Shown here: positions 56,233 through 64,000 of the stretch, piece by piece
How positions within the stretch are numbered: the first letter of the stretch is position 1
How the letters are laid out: every line of letters begins with the position of its first letter
Origin: Pyrinomonadaceae bacterium
GTDB taxonomy: Bacteria > Acidobacteriota > Blastocatellia > Pyrinomonadales > Pyrinomonadaceae
Length of the DNA: 64,000 nt
Reading direction: 5' to 3'
Assembly (NCBI GenBank): GCA_036403295.1
Contig: DASWRG010000058.1
Coordinates: 27,815 to 91,814 of the forward strand
Notes under the pieces: generated by a model
What the model saw: only the letters and a program-made list of their open reading frames with translations
The model's database searches: none
What the model was told of the DNA's origin: nothing
Translations under genes and position numbers: made by a program

Positions 56233-56631
56233 GTGTTGACAGCCCGCGATGATCCGGCGGCGATGGAGCGGCGCATCTTTTACGGGATGTGCGTGGCGGT
56301 GGCTGTGGCCGTTTTGACAAGCATGCTGTTCTGGCCGTGGCGCGTGACGACGGGCTTGCTGCTCGGCGGCATGCTCTCGCTCTTGAATCATCACTGGCTG
56401 CGCACGTCAATCGCGGCTGCGTTGGGGAACGGCGCGGGCGTCCCGCGACTCGGAATCGCGCGTTTCGTCTTGCGCTATTTCGTAGTCACTTCAATCGTCA
56501 TCGCGGCTTACATGCTGGATGCGGTCTCGCTCGTCGCCACGCTCGCAGGCTTGTGCTCATTCGTGGTCGCCGCGCTCCTCGAAGCTTTCATGCAGATTTT
56601 TTATATCATCGTTCATCGAGAGGGACATTAG
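56233..56631 (+). CDS. atpI: ATP synthase protein I
   Basis: 132-aa four-TM protein directly upstream of atpB, with a GTG start and a GAGGAGAG RBS. Confidence 0.6.
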   Translation: MLTARDDPAAMERRIFYGMCVAVAVAVLTSMLFWPWRVTTGLLLGGMLSLLNHHWLRTSIAAALGNGAGVPRLGIARFVLRYFVVTSIVIAAYMLDAVSLVATLAGLCSFVVAALLEAFMQIFYIIVHREGH

Positions 56632-56634
56632 GCA

Positions 56635-57540
56635 ATGTTTTTGCTCTTCGCAGAGGAACATACTCCCGCGATAGTCGAGGCGGTCAATCAATATCTAGGC
56701 GAGTACGCTTACCGTTTCGAGATCGCTTACACGAAGCCGAGATGGGATTGGCTGTTCGCCAAATTCGGGACGAGCGCCGAGGCGGTCTTCGGGCCGTACA
56801 CGCCTGAGAATGCGATTCCGTGGTACACGATCATGTTCATCATCGCGTGCCTGATTACGGTGTTGATCGTCTGGGTCTTGAAGGGCAGGCTTTCGGAAGA
56901 CGAGCCGGGCGGCGGTCAGCAGACTCTCGAAGTCTCAGTCCTGGCGATACGCGGTCTCTTGCAGGACGTGGTCGGGCCGCACGGCTTGAAATATTTTCCG
57001 GTCGTGGCGACCTTTGCGATTCTGATTCTCGTCTCGAACCTGATGGGCTTGATTCCGTTCCTGTTGCCGCCGACGACTTCGACCTCCGTCACGTTCGCGC
57101 TCGGCATCTCGTCGTTCGTCTATTACAACTACATCGGCGTCAAAGAGAACGGCATCCTCGGACACTTAGGCCACTTCGCGGGCGTGCATTACTTTAGCGG
57201 AGTCATCCTGTTTGTGATGGGGCCTGCGATGTTCATCATCGAGCTTATCAGCAACGCCGTGCGTCCTTTATCGCTCGGCCTGCGTCTCTTCGGCAACCTG
57301 TTCGGGGACGAGCAGGTCGGCTCGAACATCGCGGGCTTGTATCCGCCTCTGACGTATATCGCCATCCCTGCGTTCCTGATGATCTTGAGCGTCTTCGCGG
57401 CTGTGATGCAGACTTTTATTTTCGTCCTGCTCTCGATGATTTACATCGGCGAGGTGTCGCACGCGCCGCACGAAGATCACGGCGAGGGCACCGGGCACGA
57501 GATTGACGGCGACGAGATTATCGCGCCCGTGTTGACTTGA
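56635..57540 (+). CDS. atpB: F0F1 ATP synthase subunit a
   Basis: LSLGLRLFGNLFGDE (essential Arg) and the TM pattern. Confidence 0.9.
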   Translation: MFLLFAEEHTPAIVEAVNQYLGEYAYRFEIAYTKPRWDWLFAKFGTSAEAVFGPYTPENAIPWYTIMFIIACLITVLIVWVLKGRLSEDEPGGGQQTLEVSVLAIRGLLQDVVGPHGLKYFPVVATFAILILVSNLMGLIPFLLPPTTSTSVTFALGISSFVYYNYIGVKENGILGHLGHFAGVHYFSGVILFVMGPAMFIIELISNAVRPLSLGLRLFGNLFGDEQVGSNIAGLYPPLTYIAIPAFLMILSVFAAVMQTFIFVLLSMIYIGEVSHAPHEDHGEGTGHEIDGDEIIAPVLT

Positions 57541-57844
57541 GAAAAATTTTTGAGGCCGCGCTTTCGAGCGGTATGAGCAAGCGCGCTCATGCACGTTGAA
57601 GCGCAAAGGTTTGAGAGAGATGCTTTTTGAATTATTCGGACGGTAAAAGTAAGCGAACGCGCGAGACGTTTGAATAAAAGCTTTCGGTAGTTTGAAAGCG
57701 AAAGAGAGTGAGGCCGTGCCGTCGCAGGCGCGCCGTTGTAAGAGGGGCGGCGAATACCGGACGCGGGCGAAATTATAAACACGTTGCGTCGCGTTGCGCG
57801 TTTGACGAATCTTTCGAGAAGCTTCTTCATACGAGGAGACAAAC

Positions 57845-58177
57845 ATGAGCAAACTCAGAATGGCTTTCTTCACAGTCGTCGGCATCCTGATGCTGGCCGC
57901 GCCGGCACTGGCTCAGGGCGCGGGCGATGTGGCTGCGGATAACGCGAACACGGTCGCCAAGTGGGCGAAGATGGCTGCGGGCATCGGCTTCGCCATCGCC
58001 GCCGGACTCGGCGCGCTCGGTCAATCGCGCGTCGCGGCGGCGGCGGCGGAAGGCGCGGCGCGCAACCCGGGCGCGAGCGGTCGTATTCAGATTCTGGCGA
58101 TCATCGGTCTGGCATTTATCGAAACGCTCGTCATCTTCACGCTGGTGATTATGTTCGCCATCGTCAAGGTGAGCTAA
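57845..58177 (+). CDS. atpE: F0F1 ATP synthase subunit c
   Basis: AARNPGA...LAFIETLVIF hairpin c-subunit signature (carboxylate E in IETL), with a GAGGAGA RBS. Confidence 0.9.
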   Translation: MSKLRMAFFTVVGILMLAAPALAQGAGDVAADNANTVAKWAKMAAGIGFAIAAGLGALGQSRVAAAAAEGAARNPGASGRIQILAIIGLAFIETLVIFTLVIMFAIVKVS

Positions 58178-58200
58178 GGCTCGAAGCCGGAAAAGTCGAA

Positions 58201-58240
58201 AAGGCTTGTCGAAGCTTTAAAGCTTCGACAAGCCTTTTTT
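58201..58240 (+). terminator. Strong intrinsic terminator after atpE
   Basis: AAGGCTTGTCGAAGCTTT/AAAGCTTCGACAAGCCTT is a perfect 18-bp palindrome followed by TTTTTT. Confidence 0.85.
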
Positions 58241-58270
58241 CTGTGCGTTTTCAACGTCACGCGCTTTCCG

Positions 58271-58310
58271 CCTTCCTTTTGCTTTTTACCTTTTACCTTT
58301 TTACTTTTTA
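58271..58310. repeat. Single-arm pyrimidine-rich tandem units (CCTTTTA-type)
   Basis: ccttccttttgctttttaccttttacctttttacttttta. There is only a weak purine partner (ggaaaagtcgaaaagg at ~58189-58204) on the other side of the terminator. Confidence 0.5.
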
Positions 58311-58369
58311 TATGATACGCTCACGCATACTCTCCTATAAACTTGCGCGAGCGAGGCGGAACTTGGCCG

Positions 58370-60079
58370 ATGAAGAAATGTCCTCAGTGTGGCAGGGAAT
58401 ATCAAGACACGACCACTTTGTGCCCGTCCGATGGCGCGGTGCTCAAAAAAGAATCAGACCTCATCGGAAAAACGCTCGCAGACAAATATCGGATTGACGA
58501 ATTTTTGAGCGAAGGCGGCATGGGCACTGTCTATCGCGCCACGCACATTTTGATGGACAAGACCGTCGCCATCAAAGTCCTGCATCCGGCTCTCGCCGCA
58601 GACGACACCATCGTCGCGCGCTTTTCGAGAGAAGCAAGAGCGGCTTCGCGCATCTCGCATCCGCACGCCTTGAACGTCACGGACTTTGGCGAAGCCGAGG
58701 ACGGCGTCGTCTTTCTCGTGATGGAATTTTTGAATGGCCGGACGCTCAAAGAGATCGTCAGAAGCGAAGGCCCCATGCCTTTGCCGCGCGTGGTGGAGAT
58801 TATGCGGCAGGTGTGCGGCGCGCTTGAAGCCGCGCACGCGGAGAACGTCGTTCATCGTGACTTGAAGAGCGATAACATCATGCTCATTGATGTCGGCGGC
58901 GGAGACTGGGTGAAGGTCTTGGACTTCGGCATCGCCAAGATTCAAGAGCCTGCCGGTCAAGACCCCGAACTGACTGCGCCCAATCTCATCATCGGCACGC
59001 CGCAGTACATGTCGCCCGAACAATGCTCGCAGGCGTCCGAGATAGATTCGCGCTCGGACATCTACTCGCTCGGCGTGATTTTGTACGAGATGCTCGCGGG
59101 ACACGTCCCCTTCACGGGCGAATCGCCGACGGCCATCATGATGAAGCATCTACAGGACGAGCCGCCGAATATTCTGGACGAGCGGAGCGATCTGCCGGCA
59201 GAGGTCGGGCAAGTCGTCGCGCACGCCCTGGCGAAACGTCCCGAAGACCGCTTTCAAAAGGTAGGGGAACTGTCTGAGAGCCTGACGCTCGCGGCTGAAA
59301 AAGAGGTGGCTTCCGAAACCAACGTGGGCGAAGCGACTGAGAGGATTGAGCGCGACACGCACCGCATCATCGTCCCGACCGGCAGCAACGAAGCGCCGCG
59401 CACAACCGTCGAGGATGATTACGACGAGTCGACCGTCGTGCGTCCGAGTCCGGCTGTCGTCACGGCGCGTGAGGAATATGAAAGCGTCGCTCCTCCGCCT
59501 CCTCCGGCTAACTCTAATTCATGGAAGATGGCGGTCATCGCTCTGGCCGGAGTGCTGGTCATCGCGGGCGTGCTTTACGCTCTGACGAGTCGCAGGCAAA
59601 GCTCAACCCAACAGCAGACGCCGCCTCTGACAGTAGACCCGAACGGCCAGCCTGTGCAGCCAGCCCCGCCGCCGAACGGACGCAACGAGCAGGGCATCGC
59701 GCCGAATACGCCTGTGACTTCCGGCAACTCGAACGCCAACACGAACACGTCGAGCACGACGAATCAGAATCAGAATTCCGAGTTGCCGCCCGTGCCTGAT
59801 AACACAAATACCGGCGGCAACGATAACGCGCAGCAGAATAATAATTCTTCGGGAGACAATCATCCGCCGCCTTTGGGCAACGCGAACGGCAACAAGAACA
59901 GCAATCAGGGAAGCGAGCCGCCACCGCCGCCGCCCCGCGCGACTCCGACAAAGTCCGAGGGGGATGAGATGCCGCCGCCGCCGCCCTTGCCTTCGCCGAC
60001 GAAGAAGCCCACGCCCAAGCCTACAACTCAAGGCAACGGCGGGACAGCTTCGCAATCGCCTTCGAGCGATAGTCCTTAG
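58370..60079 (+). CDS. Ser/Thr protein kinase with an N-terminal zinc ribbon, one TM helix and an Asn/Pro-rich C-terminal tail
   Basis: MKKCPQCG...CPSDG, then HRDLKSDNIML, DFGIAK and GTPQYMSPEQ, then the TM helix MAVIALAGVLVIAGVLYAL and a low-complexity N/P/T tail. Confidence 0.9.
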   Translation: MKKCPQCGREYQDTTTLCPSDGAVLKKESDLIGKTLADKYRIDEFLSEGGMGTVYRATHILMDKTVAIKVLHPALAADDTIVARFSREARAASRISHPHALNVTDFGEAEDGVVFLVMEFLNGRTLKEIVRSEGPMPLPRVVEIMRQVCGALEAAHAENVVHRDLKSDNIMLIDVGGGDWVKVLDFGIAKIQEPAGQDPELTAPNLIIGTPQYMSPEQCSQASEIDSRSDIYSLGVILYEMLAGHVPFTGESPTAIMMKHLQDEPPNILDERSDLPAEVGQVVAHALAKRPEDRFQKVGELSESLTLAAEKEVASETNVGEATERIERDTHRIIVPTGSNEAPRTTVEDDYDESTVVRPSPAVVTAREEYESVAPPPPPANSNSWKMAVIALAGVLVIAGVLYALTSRRQSSTQQQTPPLTVDPNGQPVQPAPPPNGRNEQGIAPNTPVTSGNSNANTNTSSTTNQNQNSELPPVPDNTNTGGNDNAQQNNNSSGDNHPPPLGNANGNKNSNQGSEPPPPPPRATPTKSEGDEMPPPPPLPSPTKKPTPKPTTQGNGGTASQSPSSDSP

Positions 60080-60096
60080 ATATAGACATCAATAAT

Positions 60097-61197
60097 TCAA
60101 TTACTTCTTCCTCGAATTACTCGATTGACCAGCTCAATCATTTTCGGCTCATCATCAAAGCTGACCTCAATCTCATTCACATAACACGGCAGCTCGAACC
60201 GCAGGCCGCAGAGCTTGACCGCGTCCTTCGCCGTCGTTATCAGAGATTGCGCGCCGCGCTCAATTGCTTCACGGGTCAACGCGTCAACGTCGCTCTGTGT
60301 GTAATCATGATGATCGCGGAAGCTCCTGGTGTGGGCGAGCGTGTGTCCATCTTCGATGAGGTGCGCGAAGAAGGTTTGCGGATTGCCGAGAGCGCAGAAG
60401 GCCGCGACGGGCTGTGGCAGAGAGGCGGCGAAAACAGCCTCTTTATCATTCTTCAGAGTTTTATTTTCAAGAGCCGCCTCGTTATCCAATAATTCACCTG
60501 CGAGCCGTCGCACGCGCGTCGTGCGTGTGCGCGAGACGAGGAGAGGTCGCCCGCCGCTCGTGTGTTCGGCTTCGGCGCGAATGGAGTCGATGTCTGAGAC
60601 TAGATTCGCGCGCGTGAGGACGAGAGCGTCTGCGCGTTTGAGTCCGTCGAGAGGTTCACGCAGGCGACCGCGCGGCAAAAGTCGCCCGCCGCCCCAGGGA
60701 TTCGACGCATCTATGGCGACCAGATTCAAGTCGCGCGCGATGGCTAAATGCTGAAACCCGTCGTCGAGGATGAAAAGACTGCTCTTCAAATTTTCCAACG
60801 CCCATCGCGCCCCGGCCACGCGGTCTGCGTTGCTGATGACAGCCGCAAATCCCAACAGCATCTCCGCCAGCAGACGCGGCTCGTCGCCGCCTTCCCTCGC
60901 TTCCGCGAGCAGCCGCGCGCCGTCCGAGACTAACACTTGCTTCGACTCGTCCGCGCGCCCGTAACCGCGCGTGAGAACGCAGACTTTCTCTCCCAGCTCA
61001 GCCGCGCGACGCGCGAGCCATGCGACGAGCGGCGTCTTGCCCGTCCCGCCCGCAGTGATGTTGCCGACGCTGATGACGGGAGCCGCAATCTTTTCCGTGT
61101 GCAGCGCGCCCGCGCGATAGAGCATCAGTCGCGCACGCGTCGCCGCGCCGTAGAGCGCGCTCAAAGGAGAGAACAGCATGTTTGAAGGGATGGGCAT
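60097..61197 (-). CDS. lpxK: Tetraacyldisaccharide 4-prime-kinase
   Basis: The P-loop VISVGNITAGGTGKTP and the length are typical of LpxK. Confidence 0.9.
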   Translation of the reverse strand: MPIPSNMLFSPLSALYGAATRARLMLYRAGALHTEKIAAPVISVGNITAGGTGKTPLVAWLARRAAELGEKVCVLTRGYGRADESKQVLVSDGARLLAEAREGGDEPRLLAEMLLGFAAVISNADRVAGARWALENLKSSLFILDDGFQHLAIARDLNLVAIDASNPWGGGRLLPRGRLREPLDGLKRADALVLTRANLVSDIDSIRAEAEHTSGGRPLLVSRTRTTRVRRLAGELLDNEAALENKTLKNDKEAVFAASLPQPVAAFCALGNPQTFFAHLIEDGHTLAHTRSFRDHHDYTQSDVDALTREAIERGAQSLITTAKDAVKLCGLRFELPCYVNEIEVSFDDEPKMIELVNRVIRGRSN

Positions 61198-61212
61198 GTA
61201 CGAGAAAGAATC

Positions 61213-61311
61213 TCACGCAAAGGCGCAAAGGCGCAAAGAAAAGCACGCAAGCTTCAAGTGGCACTCAACCTCTTAGCGTTCTTCCTTTGCGCCACCAGCG
61301 CCTTTGCGTGA
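61213..61311. repeat. Tandem-unit hairpin element, CTTTGCG/CGCAAAG family
   Basis: tcacgcaaaggcgcaaaggcgcaaagaaaagcacgcaagc ... cttagcgttcttcctttgcgccaccagcgcctttgcgtga. Confidence 0.85.
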
Positions 61312-61329
61312 AAATTATTCTGATACAGC

Positions 61330-62640
61330 TTACTTCTCATCCATCAACACGCCGAGCATCTCAACCGTCCTTTCAGTCGCGCCGCGATTCTGCTTCATGA
61401 TTGAGAGCGCGCGGGCGGCAAGCTCCTGCCGACGCTCTTTGTCTGCGAGCAATTCCGAAAAGACTGTGGAGAGAGCGGCGACTGCTTCGTCGTCCGTCAC
61501 GGGCGGAAGCTCTACGAGCGCGTTGGCTTTGGTGAAGACGCGCATGATGGCTGCGAAGTTGAACGTGTGCGCGCCAGTGACGATACACTTTCCAGCCGCC
61601 GCAGGCTCAAGCACATTATGCCCGCCAACGGGAGCGATGCTGCCGCCGACGAAAACCATCTCCGCGAGAGGATAGACTGCGCGAAGCTCTCCGATGCTGT
61701 CGAGCAGGATCGCGTCACACTCTTTATCACTTGCCGTTGTAACAGCAGAGCGGCGTGACCATGTGAGGCCGGAATTGTTTAAGAGGGAAGCTGTCTCTGC
61801 GAATCGTTCGGGATGGCGCGGGGCGATGAGCAGTCTCGGAGCGTGTGCGGCGGAAGCTTTACTCGCTTCCTTGAACGCTTCGATGACGATTCGTTCTTCG
61901 GGCGCGTGCGTGCTGGCGGCGACGATGAGCGGCCTCTCATTTCCGAGAGCAAAACGCGCGCGAAGCTCTGCGGTCAAACCCTGTTCGCTCGCGTCCACGC
62001 TGGCGTCAAACTTGATATTGCCTGTGACCTGGACGCGCTCAGGCGCGAGGCCGAGCGCACGGATTCGCGCGGCGTCCGCTTCGGCCTGCATGAGCGCGAG
62101 GTCGAGGTCGCAGACGACTCTTGAGATGAAACTGCGAAGCAGGCGATAGCGGCGGAATGAGCGTTCCGAGAGCCGACCGTTGACCATCGCCGTTCTGATT
62201 TTGCGCCGCCGGCACTCGCGCAGGAATCCCGGCCACAACTCCGTCTCCATAATCAGGACGACCGCCGGATTGATCGCGCGCAGAGTCCGGCGCACAGTCC
62301 AACGCCAATCGAAAGGGAAGTAGAAGACGAGCGCGGCTTCATTGCGAAAGACTTCGCGTGCGACTCTCTGGCCTGTCAGCGTGATGGTCGAGACGACGAG
62401 CTTGTAATTCGGAAAGCGTTGGCGAAGCTCCTGAACGAGAGGCCGCGCGGCCTGCGTCTCTCCGACCGAAACCGAATGCAGCCAGACGACCGGACGCCCG
62501 TCCCGTTCGAGCGCGGGGACTTTGCCCAACCGCTCGCCGAGTCCCGCCACATATTTGCCGTGACGCAGGGCGTCAAGCAGAAAACGCGGCAGCAGCACGA
62601 CGACGCCGAGCGTGAGCAGGATGCTGTAGAGAAGATACAC
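61330..62640 (-). CDS. waaA: 3-deoxy-D-manno-octulosonic acid (Kdo) transferase
   Basis: VWLHSVSVGETQAARPL and the GT30 layout. The GTG start lies immediately after a hairpin arm. Confidence 0.9.
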   Translation of the reverse strand: MYLLYSILLTLGVVVLLPRFLLDALRHGKYVAGLGERLGKVPALERDGRPVVWLHSVSVGETQAARPLVQELRQRFPNYKLVVSTITLTGQRVAREVFRNEAALVFYFPFDWRWTVRRTLRAINPAVVLIMETELWPGFLRECRRRKIRTAMVNGRLSERSFRRYRLLRSFISRVVCDLDLALMQAEADAARIRALGLAPERVQVTGNIKFDASVDASEQGLTAELRARFALGNERPLIVAASTHAPEERIVIEAFKEASKASAAHAPRLLIAPRHPERFAETASLLNNSGLTWSRRSAVTTASDKECDAILLDSIGELRAVYPLAEMVFVGGSIAPVGGHNVLEPAAAGKCIVTGAHTFNFAAIMRVFTKANALVELPPVTDDEAVAALSTVFSELLADKERRQELAARALSIMKQNRGATERTVEMLGVLMDEK

Positions 62641-62721
62641 AGTTCAGGGTTCAAGGTTCAAAGTTCAAGGTTCAAAGTGGATGAGCGTTAAACCTTGAAC
62701 TTTGAATCTTGAGCCTTGAAC
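62641..62721. repeat. Tandem-unit hairpin element, GTTCAAR family
   Basis: agttcagggttcaaggttcaaagttcaaggttcaaag ... ttaaaccttgaactttgaatcttgagccttgaac. It exactly fills the efp-stop to waaA-start gap. Confidence 0.9.
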
Positions 62722-63285
62722 TTATTTCGCGCGTTCGATGTAACGTCCTTCGGAAGGAGAGACGCGGATGCGGTCGCCTTCGTTGACGAAGGGCGGAACC
62801 TGTATCGTGACGCCGTTCTCAAGCGTCGCGGGCTTGTTGACGTTCGAGACGGTCGCGCCCTTCATCGTCGGCTCGGTGCTCACGACGGTCAACTCCATCG
62901 AAGCGGGCAATTCGACGCCGAGGGGCGTGCCCTCGTAAAACTCGACCTGAATCTTGAGGCCGGGCGTGAGCCACTGCGTCGCGTCGCCGAGGTCTTCTTC
63001 GCTGAGGCCGATCTGCTCGTAGTTCTCCGTGTTCATGAAGTGATGCTGCGAGCCGTCCGAGTAAAGATATTCCATGTCATGCTGTTCGAGCGAGGCGCGC
63101 TCGATGGTATCCGCCGAGCGAAAGCGATGCTCGAAGGATGAGCCTGTGCGAATGTCTCTGAGCTTGGTCTGCACCATCGCGCGCAGGTTGCCGGGCGTGT
63201 GGTGGCGAAACTCCACGACCTTACAAAGTTTTCCTTCAAACAGGATGACCATGCCGCGCCGTAGCTGTGTTGCGGGTATTGCCAT
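62722..63285 (-). CDS. efp: Translation elongation factor P
   Basis: Full-length hand alignment to E. coli EF-P. The C-terminus reads [34 protein letters not shown]. Confidence 0.95.
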   Translation of the reverse strand: MAIPATQLRRGMVILFEGKLCKVVEFRHHTPGNLRAMVQTKLRDIRTGSSFEHRFRSADTIERASLEQHDMEYLYSDGSQHHFMNTENYEQIGLSEEDLGDATQWLTPGLKIQVEFYEGTPLGVELPASMELTVVSTEPTMKGATVSNVNKPATLENGVTIQVPPFVNEGDRIRVSPSEGRYIERAK

Positions 63286-63463
63286 AAAAGTGTACGTGAT
63301 TCTCCGTTATCAAATAAAAGTTACGCTCTGCGGAAGTTTCATCTGCGCGCTGATAGAGCGCGAGCTGACCGCTTCCACAAACCGCGTAGTCTAGCGGGCA
63401 GGGGCGCAATTTGTCCAGCCGCGCAAGAGAGCTTGTCTTTCGTTATCTCGCAGGCCGCCGCTT

Positions 63464-63922
63464 TCACAACGTGTTGGAAGCCGTGCTGAAGACTACGCGA
63501 AGTATCAGCACCGAGTTGGCTAACAAGATGGTCAGCCATGTTCGCCGGTGACGCACGTCCTCAGCCAGAAAGAAAATTCGCCCGGTGAGATACATCAGCA
63601 GCGCGAAGACGGTCAGAGGAATAAACCTGTCTACAAATTTCCCTTCGTGGAAACCGGGAAAAGTCATCGCGCCCCAGACTAATAATATCTGGCAGAAGAT
63701 CATGTTCAGAAAAATGCAGGCGTCGCCAAGCGCCTCGGAGTGCGGGTCGCGGAGAAACCTGGATTTGGGCTTTCGCTTCGGCGGGGAAAAGTAGCGGAAC
63801 ACGATCACCGTCTGAAAAATGTTGTAAGGGATTCCCACCAGAAGAAACGCGCCGCTCAAGTCGGAGTCGGGAAAAAGGTCTAACAGGGTCAGGCTGACGG
63901 CGAGGGTGATGAACAGATTCAC
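63464..63922 (-). CDS. Hypothetical multi-pass membrane protein
   Basis: 152-aa ORF with 4-5 hydrophobic helices and a GTG start. I recognise no family. Confidence 0.4.
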   Translation of the reverse strand: MNLFITLAVSLTLLDLFPDSDLSGAFLLVGIPYNIFQTVIVFRYFSPPKRKPKSRFLRDPHSEALGDACIFLNMIFCQILLVWGAMTFPGFHEGKFVDRFIPLTVFALLMYLTGRIFFLAEDVRHRRTWLTILLANSVLILRVVFSTASNTL

Positions 63923-64000
63923 TGCCAGGTAAGCGAAAGGGAGAAAGATACAACCGAGCGGCAGCCAGTTCGCGTCGTTTTTCTCTGCCCCCTGCTTTTT

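Noticed and set aside
56289-56807. 172-aa alternative-frame ORF overlapping atpI and atpB
   Set aside because: It is an Arg-rich off-frame translation of two genes that have good membrane-protein reading frames.
58454-59149. 231-aa minus-strand ORF inside the kinase gene
   Set aside because: It is a shadow ORF; the kinase catalytic motifs are on the + strand.

Overview
64-kb window from a diderm bacterium (lpxK and waaA are present). It is moderately GC-rich, and the phylum cannot be fixed from sequence alone. All calls come from reading the sequence and ORF track by eye. Repeat coordinates are good to about +/-3 nt and no database search was run.

The window has three parts.

(1) 1 to ~19.4 kb is the late (head-tail) half of a lambda-like siphovirus prophage, all on the + strand. 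It encodes:
- a gpW-like protein and a lambda-family portal;
- a prohead protease fused in frame to an HK97-type capsid protein;
- gpFII-, gpU- and gpV-like proteins;
- a G/GT chaperone pair with an A_AAA_AAG -1 slippery site;
- a 1077-aa tape measure with an embedded lambda-R-like lytic transglycosylase domain;
- a gpM-like protein, a gpL/gpJ-like fusion, and a ~1229-aa tailspike that carries a signal peptide.
An antisense three-gene cassette ending in an IS200-type Y1 transposase splits portal from protease.

(2) 19.06-19.9 kb is a ~680-nt non-coding prophage border with four helically phased 10-bp repeats, followed by tRNA-Phe(GAA).

(3) 19.9-64 kb is housekeeping chromosome:
- a cREC-like receiver protein, a bi-domain oxidoreductase, a DnaC/IstB-like ATPase, an FG-GAP protein and a TPR protein;
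- mazEF abutting carB, then mogA;
- a split NADH dehydrogenase locus: nuoAB, then 6 kb of other genes including rpmE-DUF1385-Uma2-prfA, then nuoC-orf-D-cupin-HIJKLMN, with no nuoEFG in the window;
- a GT2-like glycosyltransferase plus a radical SAM/SPASM-like enzyme;
- an F0-only atp operon (atpZ-like, I, B, E);
- a Ser/Thr kinase, lpxK, waaA and efp.

The most unusual signal is not a gene. About 20 intergenic hairpins have arms built from tandem 7-9-nt units (GTTCAAR, AGTTTTY, CTTTGCG, GTGATGA and others). They sit with very tight stop-hairpin-start geometry between co-directional cistrons. The downstream cistrons lack a Shine-Dalgarno sequence, whereas genes not preceded by a hairpin have one. 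These elements are completely absent from the prophage.
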